Below are positions 33,672 to 47,285 of a stretch of 64,000 nucleotides of DNA, in pieces. The DNA is from Asterias rubens. Lineage: Eukaryota. Within the stretch, counting starts at the first letter, position 1. Each line of letters begins with the position of its first letter. The notes under the pieces were generated by a model. It was not told where the DNA came from, searched no databases, and saw only the letters and a list, made by a program, of their open reading frames with translations. The position numbers and the translations under genes are program-made. The DNA lies in the NCBI RefSeq assembly GCF_902459465.1, contig NC_047068.1, positions 14,818,001 to 14,882,000 on the forward strand, read 5' to 3'.

Positions 33672-36600
33672 AGGTCCATATTATCAGAGTTCTTAAACTC
33701 CTTTTCAAATAGTTGGATTGAGGCAACAATACATGTCTACGGTCGTGTGCGAAATGACGGCTTCGGCTACAGCTACGTCGCACACTTCTGCCTATGCATC
33801 ACTGGCAGATGCGCTGGTCTAGCCATAACTGAAGCCGAAGTCGCTGTTTCAGACACAGTCTAAGTTGTTTTCTTTCTGATTATGCCATGAAGTTAAATGG
33901 AATGTCCATGCCGTACATTTATGACGAAAAAGATGTGTTTGTTTATGTTTGGGGGGGGGGGGGGGGGTGATGTTGGACTTAATGTAATAATCTCAAAGCA
34001 TCATCATAATTAGGTTCTTTTGGATCGTAAAAAAAAAAGATTTTTCAAAGTTTACCTTCAATCTACTAACTGGTATGAAGAAATAAAATGTACATTAAAG
34101 AACCTATTAAATCAATTGGAGGTATTCTTGAGGATTTTTGGGGAAATGGTAAACACATAATTTGGTCATTTAAAATGTTCTGGGCAGAAACAGGGTATCA
34201 ACCAAAATAGCATTGAAAAAAGTAGTGTTTGTGGCAGGTTCGTGGCTCATTTTTGCTAGTCACATCCATTTGCGCAAATTTATTTCTTGCTAAGGATTTC
34301 TTTGTAACTTGCTGCCACCAGACACTGACATAACAACCCCCCCCCCCCTCCTTGTATTTTTAGGGCCATGTCACATGAGCTAATTTAAAGGCAACCAGTT
34401 CAAAGCAATCTCTATAAAGACAAGTTGTTTCAATTCCATCTTCATATAAGTTTCTTGGGAATAGGTAAGATATTGTTACATGTAGAAGACTAACTCATTT
34501 TCCTTTTGCATGCAGTGTAATTGGTTACCTCTAAAGTTGCCAGGGGTTGATTTCACACAGATAGTGCTAACTTAAGACTAGTCCTAGGAGATATTAAAAA
34601 ACTTAAGGGTAGCCCTAAGTTAGGACGAGTAACTTGTTCTAACTTGAGATAAGAATACTCCATACTCTGTGTGAAATCCACCCCTGTAAAAGCAAAGTGC
34701 CTTGTGTGACAAGACCTATACAGTACAGGCTTCAAAGTTCATTTAAAGTTCAAACTATAAATGTATCAACTTTTCACATGATAGTTAGGAATGTTCTTCA
34801 CATTCGTTTTCTATTGAAGATATAAAAGTGAAGATCGCCAGAGTGTTGGTAATGTTAACTTTAATCCAGTATACTGTACACATTTGTAATTTGTAAGTAT
34901 ACATATATGTGGGTCCATAGAAGACCAGATGAAAAGAGAGTTCAAGAAGTTTAAATCATTAAAAAACTGCTTTATTGATCAGGTTTCATTTCACATTCTT
35001 TTAAGTCAAAAATTGTGTAAAGTTCAGGAAAACTTAAATTGTAAAAGATTTTTGGTTTCAGAGCGTTGTAAAAGCCATTGGACACTTTCGGTACAGAATT
35101 TTTTTTTAAAGTTCACAGATTTACAAAAGATTTACAGGGTTTACTTTTTTAGAAAACATTAAAACAATATCAATTCTTGATATCGAGAATTTCGGATTTT
35201 TTTTTAAACACATGTCATGACACGGCGAAACATGCGGAAACAAGGGTGGATTTTGCGTGATTTTCTCCTTGTGGGCCTTGGACATTACTGTTAACCGAAA
35301 GTGTCCAATGGCTTTAAAGACTATTTGCATAAATATGTATCAAGTCTCAGCTACCCCCCCCCCCCAAATAACGAGGTTTAAAAAAAAAAAGGCAGTTGTA
35401 CTTGGTGTATACAAACTTCTATGCCCGCAGATAAAGCGCTGTAAACAAAAAAACTAAATCTTCATCTTCTTTTTCATATTAACATTTCATTTCATTTGAT
35501 ATGATTTTGATATGATTGATATCTTGTTTTATTCCAGAAGGACGGACCCCCTCCCCCCCCCCACATTACCCTTGGGAAGAGTAACAACAATGCTTAAAAT
35601 AATACATACTGCGGTTTTATTGTGATGGAAGAGTTAGTAAAAAGCACCCATGTTAATTTCATTTTAAAGGCAGTTGGACACTATTGGTAATTACTCAAAA
35701 TAATTATTAGCATAAAACCTTACTTGATAACGAGTTATGGAGAGCTGTTGATAGTATAAAACATTGTGAGAAACGGCTCCCTCTGAAGTAACGTTGGTTT
35801 GATTTCGTTACCTCAGAATTAGATTTTGAGGTCTCGAAATCAAGCATCTGAAAAGCACACAACTTCGTGTGACAAGGGTGTTTTTTCTTTCATTATTATC
35901 TCGCAACTTTGACGACCAATTGAGCTCAAATTATCACAGGTTGTTGTTTTATGCATATATGAGCAGACTGGTCTTTGACAATTACCAAATTACCAATAGG
36001 GTCTGAGTGTCTTTAACTCGGATCAATTATTATAAGAGTGGATACCGTTTGATTTGGCTGTATACAGACAATTTACACAAACCTTCAGTGTCATTGTTTA
36101 GTTTTCTGTCGCCATCTCAAAACTACTTATTCATGATGAGTTTGAATTCATCTTTACAATGTTAATGTATCTTTAAACTTTTATTAAATGGGATCATGGT
36201 ATTATAATACGATGTCTGTCACCTTATGATTTGCTTGTGTTTCTGGTTGAAGTTGAATAAAAGCTCAAATTGTAGCCCAATACTGATGGCCTCTTCTGTG
36301 TTTTTAAATGTGTTTTCAAATGTTTTGGGTTTTTGTCCCATTTGCGAAACAGAAAAACCAAAAGCAACTCCACAACACAGGCCAACATGGACAAAGGACA
36401 AACAAAACGAAAGGACAAGTGAAGATTAGAGCCTATTATACAGTTTTCTCTACTCTTATCAAACGCTAGTCCTGCATAAAAAATAAAAAATATTTTTTTA
36501 AAACTGTTTTCCAAAAGTCTAATTTTGTTCAACCAGAAAATTATAAAACAACAGTTTAGGATGTCACCTAAGTTGATACCTTACATATTTTAGACCTTTG

Positions 36601-36939
36601 ACTGAGAGATGCTAAGCCTCATTCTTACTTATATTAAACCTAATAGTTTGAGGTTTAATTTGATGCATGAAATTTTTGCCTTGATAAAAAAAAGGATTGC
36701 AACCAATGATTTTCAAGATTAGCAAACATCAGCTGAATTCCAGTAATAAGCACAAATCAACAAATGGAAATTTGGTTGGTAATCTTGTCATAATCAAGGA
36801 AGAAATTTCATGCTAAGCAAATTTTTGTGATTAGCAGATCTATTGGTGTTCATTTCATGCACAATGCATTGTGTATTAATATTCGGTCAACATAGTGAGC
36901 TGCTTGTTGTCAATGGAGGGCGCAGTTCAAAATTACCGG

Positions 36940-37026
36940 TTGTTGACGATCGACTCGACTGGACTCGCGCCACCGTCGATTGATCGCGTGCAGATCGCGG
37001 GATTTACAATTTACAACAGCGGGAAG
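36940..37026 (+). promoter_or_regulatory. CpG-rich patch and candidate non-coding first exon of the LRR gene
   Basis: A local run of CpG/CGCG in otherwise CpG-poor DNA ends in GAAG|gtatga. The LRR coding exon has an acceptor (ttgttttgcag, 38927) upstream of its ATG, so an upstream exon is required. Confidence 0.4.
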
Positions 37027-38995
37027 GTATGATTCTGTGTACTGTTTTACTGATTTTACACTTCACAACATTATGCCCCCCCCCCCCATGAATCGGTCCA
37101 ATCCACTCGTTACTGCAACCTTGTTGATGATCAGATGATACGGAGTGGATTGGCCCTTTGCGTGGACCGCCGATATTTGTAACCCTCCATCGCAACTAGA
37201 GAATGGTTGGTAGCCCGAATGTAAGGTTAGCTAGGTTGGGCCATTTTATTCAAATAGACCATGGAGCAATAAACTAGAATAGACTGAATTCCGTTGATTT
37301 AACCTATTTTATAGTATAAATTCGTCACTCGTTCGTACCACGAAGATGAAGTGACCTGTCAAAAATCACAATTTTTCGCAATATTTTAATTTTAAATTAA
37401 TATATCGTAGGAGGTCCTGTTTTCGAGGTGTCCCTAAAATCGTGGCAAATCTTTTACCTCTCTGTGCGCGATGTAAACAGTCCCTAGATAAAAATTGTGT
37501 GGTTTTATTTGCCAAGCAAAGAGTCTCCTCTCCCTTGACCAAAACTTAGAAACACGTAAGGCTCCACTAGTCATTTGCACTTGTAAATGCAAAAAGTTTG
37601 GTATTTTAGGCATTTCTACAAGGTACAAAAATATGTCATAATGTTGAGGCCATATAAAAATATTTACCCACCGAAGAAGTTTCATCAAACGCTATTTCAA
37701 TTCACAATTCATGATGATCAAAATCATGTGACTGAATGTTTTGCTGAGCATTCTTGAAAAAAAAATACCGAGGCTTAAAGAAGCCATATGTGCCTTATAT
37801 CATTTTCTAATATTTTTTGAGATTTTTATTTTGTAACCCTGGTATCAATACTATTATTAATATTAAAATTTAAACATCAGCTCGTTGATTCAATTATCAC
37901 TGTTTATTTATACGCTTTATGATAAATATTAAGAAAAAAACATATAAAAAAAAAATATAAAAATCAGATTTGGAAGCCAGTAATTATTCACACTTTTTAT
38001 ATATATTTTTTATTTTTTTTATTTTTTGCAAGTTACCATGGAAATTAAAAAAATTTAATAACAAAATATTTTGAATAAAATGAAGGCAACTGCTGGCTAT
38101 ACAGTCATACATAGAGTCTCAAAGAACACTTGTAGTCACTGCAGATGTTTCTTTCATGTATGGCTTCACCGGGAAACCATACTTTCTTGTTTGCCGTGAA
38201 AACAGGAAAAACTCAAAACAAATGGGGCCAGTTGAAGTCATTGAAGATCGGTGTGTGGTGTGAACATTTCAATGTCCATCAAGTTTTAATACATGTTTGC
38301 ATACTTTATATTAACATGAAGATAATTAGGGCATCGGTTGATATATGGCATCATTATTTTTTTCCCAATTCAAAGAAAAAGGCATAATAGCGTGAAAACT
38401 GGTAAGCAGAGGATAAACATTTCTCATTGTCAAATCAAACTCTCCTAGTGCTAATGTTTACCATGATATGATTAAAAATAAACACAAAAACAAGGTAGAC
38501 CCAGTAGCTGAGGCACAGTGTTAGAGGTTGCGTTCGGCTATCGTACGGCAGCTATACTCTATAGCCGAACCCCACTTGTGTGGCCAAGGCTAGCTGAATC
38601 ATTACAGCTAGCCTTGGCCACACAAGTGGGGCTAGGCTCTGTACTCCTTTTTGGACTAGCAATAATGACAAAAATTGAATAAAGGAGCACATCGCCCCAG
38701 TTACTGGGTCTAGTACAAAAGTAGTATGACCAATAATGACAACATTTGTTTTCAAAAAACATGAGTGCAGTGCCCCAGTTACTTGGTCTAATAACAAAGC
38801 TAACTAAAATGCATTCAGTTACCGTAATCACCTCCAAATCAAGCTTATTGGTGGAATGGTTGGGTTGTTCATTTACAACTTAAAGAGAGGAAACTTTTAA
38901 TGTAGGAAATCTGTTTTTGTTTTGCAGATATTTTGCTTCCAGTCTCAGCTGCCATATCCGTCAGTGCCAAAGAGTGTAAGACGCTTTATTAAACG

Positions 38996-41900
38996 ATGGA
39001 AGAGAAGCACAGAGGAACCCAGAATGGTAGAGCTGGCTCAGTAACATTAGATTTCTCCTCCACAAATCTATCTTCTTTCGAGATAAGCAAGTCAGATTTG
39101 GCCTCTTGCACAACTCTCATTCTGAATTACAATGAAATCTGTGAGCTGCCAGCTGATATTGGAGATACCCTTCACAGTCTTAGCAGTCTGTTACTCATTG
39201 GTAATCAGTTAAAGGAGCTGCCTGAATCACTTGGTAAACTTGTGAGTCTCAAGGAGCTCAACCTGTCTGAAAACGGCCTGATATCCCTACCCAAGACACT
39301 GGGTTTCCTTACGCATCTAGCAATCCTCAAGTTGGTCGGAAATGAGTTGAAGAATCTCCCGGAGGGATTTGGAGGACTCGAGTCTCTGAGAAGTCTAGAA
39401 CTTGATGAAAACTTTCTGACGTCGCTGCCGGAATCGTTTGGACTCGTGGAGAGTTTAGAGGTTCTGGAGGCCTGCGACAATGCCCTGGTGGAGCTCCCAG
39501 CAAGCTTTGGAAATCTAAGACATTTACAGGTACTTAACCTGAGCAATAATCGTCTGGAGACCCTGCCTGATTCATTTGGGTCATTGCAGTGCCTTAAAAT
39601 GGTGGATTTATCTGGGAACAAAATTAAGGCTCTAATGCCCGAGTTTAAGTCTTGCCACTGTCTTAAGAAGCTCTATCTCACAGGGAACAGATTAACCGTT
39701 CTTCCTGTTTGGATCGGGGAGCTTCCTAAACTACAGGAATTGAGTCTAAGAGATAACCAGTTGGAGCACAAAGCTTTACCGGAATCATTTGGGGAGACGA
39801 GCAGAAACACCCTTAGACACCTGGACATTTCAGGGAATTTTCAGACTGAACTTCCATCGACGCTAGGGCTTCTTGTCCACCTGGATTTCTTGCACATGGG
39901 CAGCGTGATCGGAGAACTGGAGCGTCAAAACTTTCAGAATGGAAACTGGATCGCAAGGTTCCCGGAAAACTTCGGAAACCTGCATCTATTGCGGGAACTT
40001 CATGCCGAGGAAAATCAGTTGAACTGCCTTCCAGAGAATTTTGGAGACCTTGCGTCTTTAGAGTTCCTAGACTTGGGCCAGAACATGCTGAGGCAGCTTC
40101 CAGAGTCTTTCTGCGAGCTGAAAAGTCTACAAGTTTGCCTGCTCTCCAAGAATCACATAGAGTGCCTTCCAAAGGAGTTTGGAAAACTGGGTGGACTTCA
40201 AGTTATCCGACTCGACTGTAATAAAGTATGGTGACTACTTACCTAGTTTCATAACTCATTCAAACTTGAAGTACATACACAATGTCAAGATGGGATGGCA
40301 TTGTCACACATGTTCATCATTTACCATTTATAATCATCTATAAATAAAAAGTAGGCCTACAAATGAGAATTATTGAGCGCATAATGCTGAGCCAACCTTA
40401 CGCAACTTACACTATTAAAACATCTCAACGAATATAAAGAAACTTAATTTCAAAAGGCTCACAAAGCACAGAAAACACTTATCTACAAGGGGTTTATATT
40501 TTTTTAATATTTAAAAAGCAACACGTGTTTATAATTTTACTCTTCACAGCTGACTGATTTACCAGAATCGTTTATGAAGTTGACCAACATCGAACTGCTG
40601 GATCTGTTTGATAATCGGCTGACAAGGATACCCTCGGTGCTAAAGTATCTGACGAAACTAACAAGGCTGGACCTTGATTTGGTGAGTGAAATAATTAAAA
40701 CACAATCGCACCTTCTACAAAAATGTTTTGGTCAGGTGTCAGGTGTGTGTGATCATTGAAACCAAGGACTTAATAGCCAAGTATACTTTTTATTTGTTTA
40801 AACATTTGATTGTTTCAAATGATGATGTATAAAACTTGCAAAAGGTAGTCCGGAGAGGATATGTTCAGGCAGGAAGAATTTATAATCCCTGCTAGGAGTA
40901 CACAATCTTAGCAGCGTTACTGACAGTAAAGCTCGGTTCATTCTTCCTGCGAATGCTTCATGCGATGCGAATTTCATTGCGTCACAAAGGGAAATGGAGC
41001 GCGTACCGATTGTTGCGTCACCCAAATTCGCTTCGCATTCGCAGGAAGTATGAACCGGGCTTTACTCTTCTCAGATTCACATTTCGAGGCCTAACAACAT
41101 ATATCTTTTTGTATAGAACCACATTACTTTGATGTGAATTTTTCTCCCAAGATATTATTTGAAACTAAGCCAGGTTTACGGGTCGCTTCTATGTGTGTGG
41201 TTTCAAAATGAATACCCAGAGAGGTTTCCAAATTATTTATATGGTTATCTACTTCAAACAGAATAAATTTGACATGCCAGCACTGTCGGTGCCTAACTTA
41301 ACCAGACCCAACCAGTACCCATCAGGAAAGTCGGCTACCAGCGATAACTGGAGAACCAGGGCACGAGCCGATGAAGTTGCCATCGCTGAACAACAATTAG
41401 CCGAGGTAATGGTTTTCTATAAAGACTTTGATTGAAACCTATTAACTTTGTAAATGTTGGGCATGAGATTTTCAATTGGAGAAACTAACTCATGAACCCT
41501 ACATTGGGTTGATGGTTAAATGTCGTCGTAATTTCATTTATTTATAATTTCATGACATCTTGTTTTTGTAGTTGACACCAACTGAATGTCTATTTTTTTA
41601 ATGTTGTTCTTCATCAGGTGGTTTTGGATGAAATGAGTTCCCAGAACTCGATTAACACAGTACTCAATAACAGCATCATCTCGCAAGCCTTGCGTAATAA
41701 AGCATCTATCTGGCAGTCACACGAGGGCACTAAAATCAGGGAATCTCGCACGGACACCATACTGCTTGAAAAACGGATGTCCAGACGCCATCAAAAGTAC
41801 TCCTACAGTTCTGATGCCAATTCAGAGGACCCAAATGGTAAGTAGTGGGACATCATCAATCGCTATGTTTAAATAAGCCGTTTGCAAGTTCGATTTGAAT

Positions 41901-43715
41901 AATGTCTGGTACAATGACTTGCTTAGTCACAAAGTGCCGCTTACATTTGAATTCCTCAGACTATAGAGACAACTGCTATGTCAAACGATTGGCAAGCCAT
42001 TGTATAGCAACCTCCAGATTAGCAAGCCCTGGTTACGGTACTTACCTAGTACGCAAAAGCTTGCCCCTAATCATGTGACATAGCAACTGTCTCGATAGTC
42101 TGAGGAATTCAAATTTAAGTGGTAGCTTGTGATCAAGCACATCACTGTACCAGACAATAATCTTTCTACCACGCAAATGGCTTATTGTTTTATTGGCTTA
42201 TTGGCTCATCATCATCATTATCTTTCCCCATTCTACATGTATCTTGTCTTGTGCTTATCTCCGGATCACTAGTGAAGAAAGCAGAACATCCTGTGACACT
42301 AAACTTGCGATGTACTCTGTGTACAGTAAGCGCTGATGAACTTGGCCCAATTTCATAAAGAGACCAAACTTTCCTTCCAATAGTGTACCTTCACAGAACT
42401 CGGGAAAGTTCTGAGTATACAATGCTTAACACACACCAGTGTATGGGTAAACATGAATAAGGCAGAAGAGATCAAAATTTCATTCCAACATGGTATGTTT
42501 ACTTTTTTGCTTGGATTCCATTTGCAGAGCTGGATGATTGCAGTAGTGATGGCAGCCACGATGAGCAAGGAACTGGTAGCAACATCGTCACCCAAGAGGA
42601 GATAGAAAAGGCTGAGGAAAACTGGGATGAAGATCTGATTGATATCTCGTGTTTCGGTGAGTAGGTAAACACATTCAAACATTCAAACACATGGAAAACC
42701 TATAACACAAGAGGACAATAGAGTCCACATGTTCGGGAAAGGTCCACAGTTAAAAACGTGTACAAAACCAGTGGGAGATGTTGCAAAAAAGTTAAGAGTA
42801 TAAACAAAAGAGGGACACAAGGAGGTCCACGGTTGCAGGTGTATACAAGCTTGGGTGAGTTGGATCAGAGGACAAGGAAGATTAATTGTGTATCACATAT
42901 CAAGAAATAGAATATTTTTAACACCAAATATGTAATATTTTAGCTTTGAGGGCGAGTGCTGCAAAACGGTCTGAAACTTGGACCTAATTATGTAGCGTCT
43001 TATAAGGGTTTACAAGATGCTGCGGTGCACTCGGGAGTGACTGCCAGACGAACCGGGGCAAACCCCTTCTCTTTTAATAGCGATGGGCGTAATTGGGTTC
43101 TTTTAAATGCATTACACAATACAAGGACCCACAGCTTTACATCCCAGTCGAAAGACGAAGCAATAATGGTTAAGTGTCTTGCTTAAGGACACAAGTGGCA
43201 ACACTTGGACTCGAACCCACGCTCTGTCCAACAGAAACACCAGAGCTTAAGTATCCTTGGGTGGATTTCACAAAGAGTTAGGACTAGTCTTATCTCAAGT
43301 AAGGAAGAGTTACTCGTCCTAACTTAGGACTAGCTGTATGTTTTTGATATCTTTTAGGACTAGTCCTAAGTTAGGACTAGTCCTGACTCTTTGTGAAATA
43401 GACCCCTGGACCGCTTGTACACAACACACCACATAATGCATGCTGGCATAGTGTATTTATCAGTCAAAATCATGCGAATGAAACTAAGCGCTACAACAAC
43501 ACATGTAGGATGATAAAGAGACTATATAGCTATCATTTCTTTTCTCTTTTTTTTAAGGGTCTGACAGGCTTTACCGTCATCCCCAAGACATGGACAAGAC
43601 AGTAGATGCAGACTCTTGTTTTGTCTTCACACCCTCTGATGAGCATGTCCCAAACCTCCCTAATGCCTCCATCAACGACGACGCTGAGGATGGACAGTTT
43701 GATGATGCAGATTAA
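38996..43715 (+). CDS. Leucine-rich-repeat protein (~670 aa, ~19 LRRs plus an acidic low-complexity tail); coding exons 38996-40225, 40550-40681, 41262-41405, 41618-41837, 42528-42656, 43558-43715
   Basis: 23-aa LPESFGxLxxLxxLxLxxNxL repeats. The repeat register continues across splices (LDCNK|LTDLPES; LDLDL|NKF). All junctions are GT-AG and phase-compatible (0,0,0,1,1). The total is 2013 nt ending in TAA. The last exon is the least certain. Confidence 0.85.
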
Positions 43716-45482
43716 ACTCTTATCCAGGAAGTTGTGTGACTCGGTAGGATAGGGACTGTGGGTGTCGTAGACCTTTTCGCAATACCCATTGCGCAAGCTC
43801 TAAAAACTGAGGTGCACTTGATCACTAGGAAGACCAGCATGCACCTCGTTCCCCGCCTAATGCATGCACACCTAGTATTTGCTGTAAGGTCTGTAGGGAA
43901 ATCTGAATCCGGAGATTCTGTCCCCAAATATGGGAAATTAACATGGGCTGGTGAAGGAGGAGATATCAGAAGTAGTTTGTACACAGTTCCAAAGTATGGG
44001 GGGCAGAATCTCTGGGGGAAGGGAAACAAGGTCTCCTGCCATACCAGACCAAACCACAATCATTGGGCCAGACACAACCTCATTCAAGTCAAAACACGTG
44101 TGTATTGGGTTAGCATAGGGTGAAGTATTATGGAAGATTGTGGAGGATCCCAAGCCAAAGTTACATTATAGTAAATGGAATTATATTTGCTGCTGCATTA
44201 AGCTATGAAAAATGTAAGTATGGGGCCCACTTTCATAAAGCTGTTAAGCTGAAAGTATTGCTTAATAGCAAGTTTCGTTGCTGAGCTAAAAATGAGTGAG
44301 GCAACAATGTAAACTGGCATTTTGGCTGGTAACCTGTTTCTGTTTAGCAACACTTTTCTGTGATAAGCAAGTTTTTGTGCTTACAGGTTATATGAAATTG
44401 GGCCCTTGTATACTTATTCTTGAAAAGTTGTTAAGTGTATTAATATTATATTTTTATTAACTTCTCAGGCCGTCATATTATTGAATTAATTTTAAATGAT
44501 TTTGACTTTGTTCTAGATTAGACCTTTGGGTGCGACTAGCAAAAGTTCCTTCATACATCTTATCATAGAGCTGCTTCAAAAGCAAACAAAGTAGCTAAGT
44601 TCATAACTATGTTGCTCACCAGAATAAATTGACCAGCCTATACATACTATGCATGGCTATGTCTGATTTAGAGACTGTGGCTACGGCTGCACCTTGAAGG
44701 CCATTGGAACAAGCGTCCAGATATAGGATGCCCCAACAGCCACAGCCATGTTTTCCAAATCTAGGTATCTGACTATTTATATTTGTTCAAGATTAGTCAT
44801 AAAAAAGCCCTTCTGTTTCATCATGCATTTTTATCTATAAATATCGTTGTCGAATGTCAATTTAAGGAATGATATTTGAGCACTAAAATATACCTGATGT
44901 TTTTGCACCAGAATGAAAGCCATGACAAAGCTGATTCCTGATTGAAAATAAACACCAAATATGTTTGTTTTCTCTATTTTCTTTCAACATTTTTTTTTCT
45001 TTTTTCTTTTATTCTTTTCAACAAAGACGCACTGACAATCAGTTGGAGCCAGCATTTGAATTTTTTGCTTTTGTAATTTGTCAAGTTATGGGCAGTTACC
45101 TCTGAGTTCTTTTATGAGTTCTCATTTTGAGCTATCATTTGAGTTCTTATTTGAGCTCTTTTATGAGACTTTAACATGTATAAAAAGTGTTCATAGGATG
45201 CCCCTTAAGAAAAAAGCTACCAATCAACTCTTAAAGAATGCTTTATTGAGTTGTATTTTTTGGTAGAGTTATTTTTGTAATTTTTAAAATACTAACTACT
45301 GTGCTTTTGTTGACTGCCAAGTAGCAAAATGTCAGATATTTGATAAATTGTTTACTAATTTTCTAATAAAGTTTGTTACATAAACAATTTTACCTGTTGT
45401 CATCATTTGATATTTCTTCTCTAAAAAAAATCAAGCACCCCCGAACAAAGATATTGACAAAATAGGAATACTGCCAACATAG

Positions 45483-45556
45483 GGCTTGATAGCTCAGTTA
45501 GAGACACGCTAATCCGGAGGTCGTAGGTTCTAGTCAATTCTTTGTTCAACCCAAAA
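45483..45556 (+). mobile_element. Degenerate short tRNA-derived SINE; another copy at 22755-22847 (-)
   Basis: A-box-like tagctcagttagag and a partial B-box ggttc, with a shared tail ttctttgttcaa. No complete cloverleaf. Confidence 0.55.
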
Positions 45557-45919
45557 ATCATTAAAAAAATAAGCATTACATAAATGTGGACCACCTGAGA
45601 TCCGCACAGTGTATGGACTTCGAACACTCTGTGGGCTTACACACACCCATAGTTTTTTGTTTTTACAGTTTTTAATAATATGATTTTTCGTCACTGAGTA
45701 TGCAACACAGTGCTGTGTGCGTCCGCTCTGAGCTTTGGGAAATTGATTCCAACTTTCAACACCCCTTAGAGTGTTTTCCTAACCCTAGTGTGTACCATCA
45801 GGGGCTGTCGGAACCTGGGTGTTTGGAATATATAGCAGTCACCCTTTCAATAATAGGGATTTGAGTGGTATGACAGACCAAGGAACTCCTCAGTTTGACT
45901 TTATAATAATAATTTGAGA

Positions 45920-46268
45920 TAATAATTATAATAAATTTGTATATACAAATGTAGCGCTTTATCACAGCTCGAACTAGGGCGTATCAAAGCGCTTCTGACA
46001 TAATTACCCCTGGTAACCGGGCTATATACATTTCATTCTTTCAACCATCTCAGCTCCCTGGGGAGTTTACAGCCGGTGCTGCAGGTTACCGCGCTCCAAG
46101 CTAATCATTCACATAAACATCTCTGCCCTCACAGGTACCCATTTTACCACTGGTTGGAGAGAAGCTTTTACTCAAGGACACAGGTTCACGACCGGGATTC
46201 GAACCCACAAACCGATGACTAAACCACCAGAACTTGAGTCCGAAGCTCTTATCTGCTCGACTAGACAC
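45920..46268 (-). mobile_element. tRNA-derived SINE with a central core and an L2-like 3' tail
   Basis: The minus strand has a B-box-like gtgggttcgaatcccggtc, a core gtgtccttgagtaa...ctctccaaccagtggtaaaatgggtacc, and a tail aagcgctttgatacg...ataaagcgctac followed by an AT-rich end. A related fragment at ~43160-43430 is interrupted by the MITE at 43259-43405. Confidence 0.65.
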
Positions 46269-46799
46269 CCCATAAAAACCAACAAGGAAAACATTATAAA
46301 ACCAATGTGGAGGTCATTTTAACAAAAGGGAGAGTCAAGTGAAGTACCCAACAAATGTGTATTAACATTCACTAACTATACAGATAGAGACCAAAGACAA
46401 TAGGGATGAAAGGTCAACACAGAGGAGTTCTATACAGATGCGGATAACTTCCACAAGGAATTTTGTGTACAAATTATAATGGGAGTATGGTACAACGAAA
46501 AGTAGAGACACAACCATATCTCAACAGGAACAAAAGTTAAAATGTTTGTTGGTGTGTTTTTAAATTAAAAATCACATAACTGGGTTAGGAAGATTAATCT
46601 GTGAAGTTAAGAATGTTTGTTTCCTTTTCCTGCTCATTTCTGCCAAATTGTTAACCAATAATAATGGCTTACATCTCATGACTTAGTATACATCAATTAT
46701 GACTTGAGTGCAAGTCATAATTGGATGCACCGTACATTAATTAATCTCTCCCGATTGTGACTACAATAATTGTGACTTACTACAAGGCAACATATGAAT

Positions 46800-47285
46800 T
46801 GTAACCTCAGAATTATGATTCCACGACTTTATTACATGATTTGTAGAGCCTCATAATTATTACTTAGTACAATTCATAACTATGAGTATGAATGATAATA
46901 ATCATTACTTAGTACAAGTTATTATTATGAATTAATACAGTCTCAGAATTATTACTTTCTTTTGAGAAAGAAAGAAAACGGACAGAAGAGAATTCAAAAT
47001 GTACCTGTAACGAGCTAATTAATTAAGCTAATAGTACCCAAGCATTAATTAATGATAACCTCAGAATTGTGATTCTCAATTACTTTGTTACATGATTTGT
47101 AGAGACTCAAAACTATTATGAATGATAATAATCGTTACTTAATACAAGTTATCATTATATGAATTAGGCTACATAAAAACAGTCTCAGAATTATGACTGT
47201 CTTTTGAGAAAAAAAAAGAAAACTGACAGAAAAAAATTCAAAATGTACCTGTAATGAGCTAATTAATTAGGCAGATAGTTCCTTA
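46800..47285. repeat. Diverged AT-rich tandem duplication (~250-bp unit)
   Basis: aacctcagaatt...cagtctcagaattat...ttcaaaatgtacctgtaa(c/t)gagctaattaatta occurs twice. Confidence 0.75.

Noticed and set aside
38996-40225. Horizontal transfer of the LRR gene from bacteria, suggested by LPESFG-type repeats in one large exon
   Set aside because: The gene has several canonical introns, and this repeat type is common in animal SHOC2/LAP-like proteins. The sequence alone gives no support.
42944-42987. Alternative LRR terminal exon tttag|CT TTG AGG ... ACC TAA
   Set aside because: It is phase-compatible but very short with a poorer acceptor. The exon at 43558 has a strong polypyrimidine tract and continues the acidic composition of the previous exon.
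45483-45556. tRNA-like sequences (also 22755-22847 and ~46190-46265)
   Set aside because: A/B-box remnants are present but there is no full cloverleaf, and they carry shared SINE bodies or tails. Treated as SINEs.
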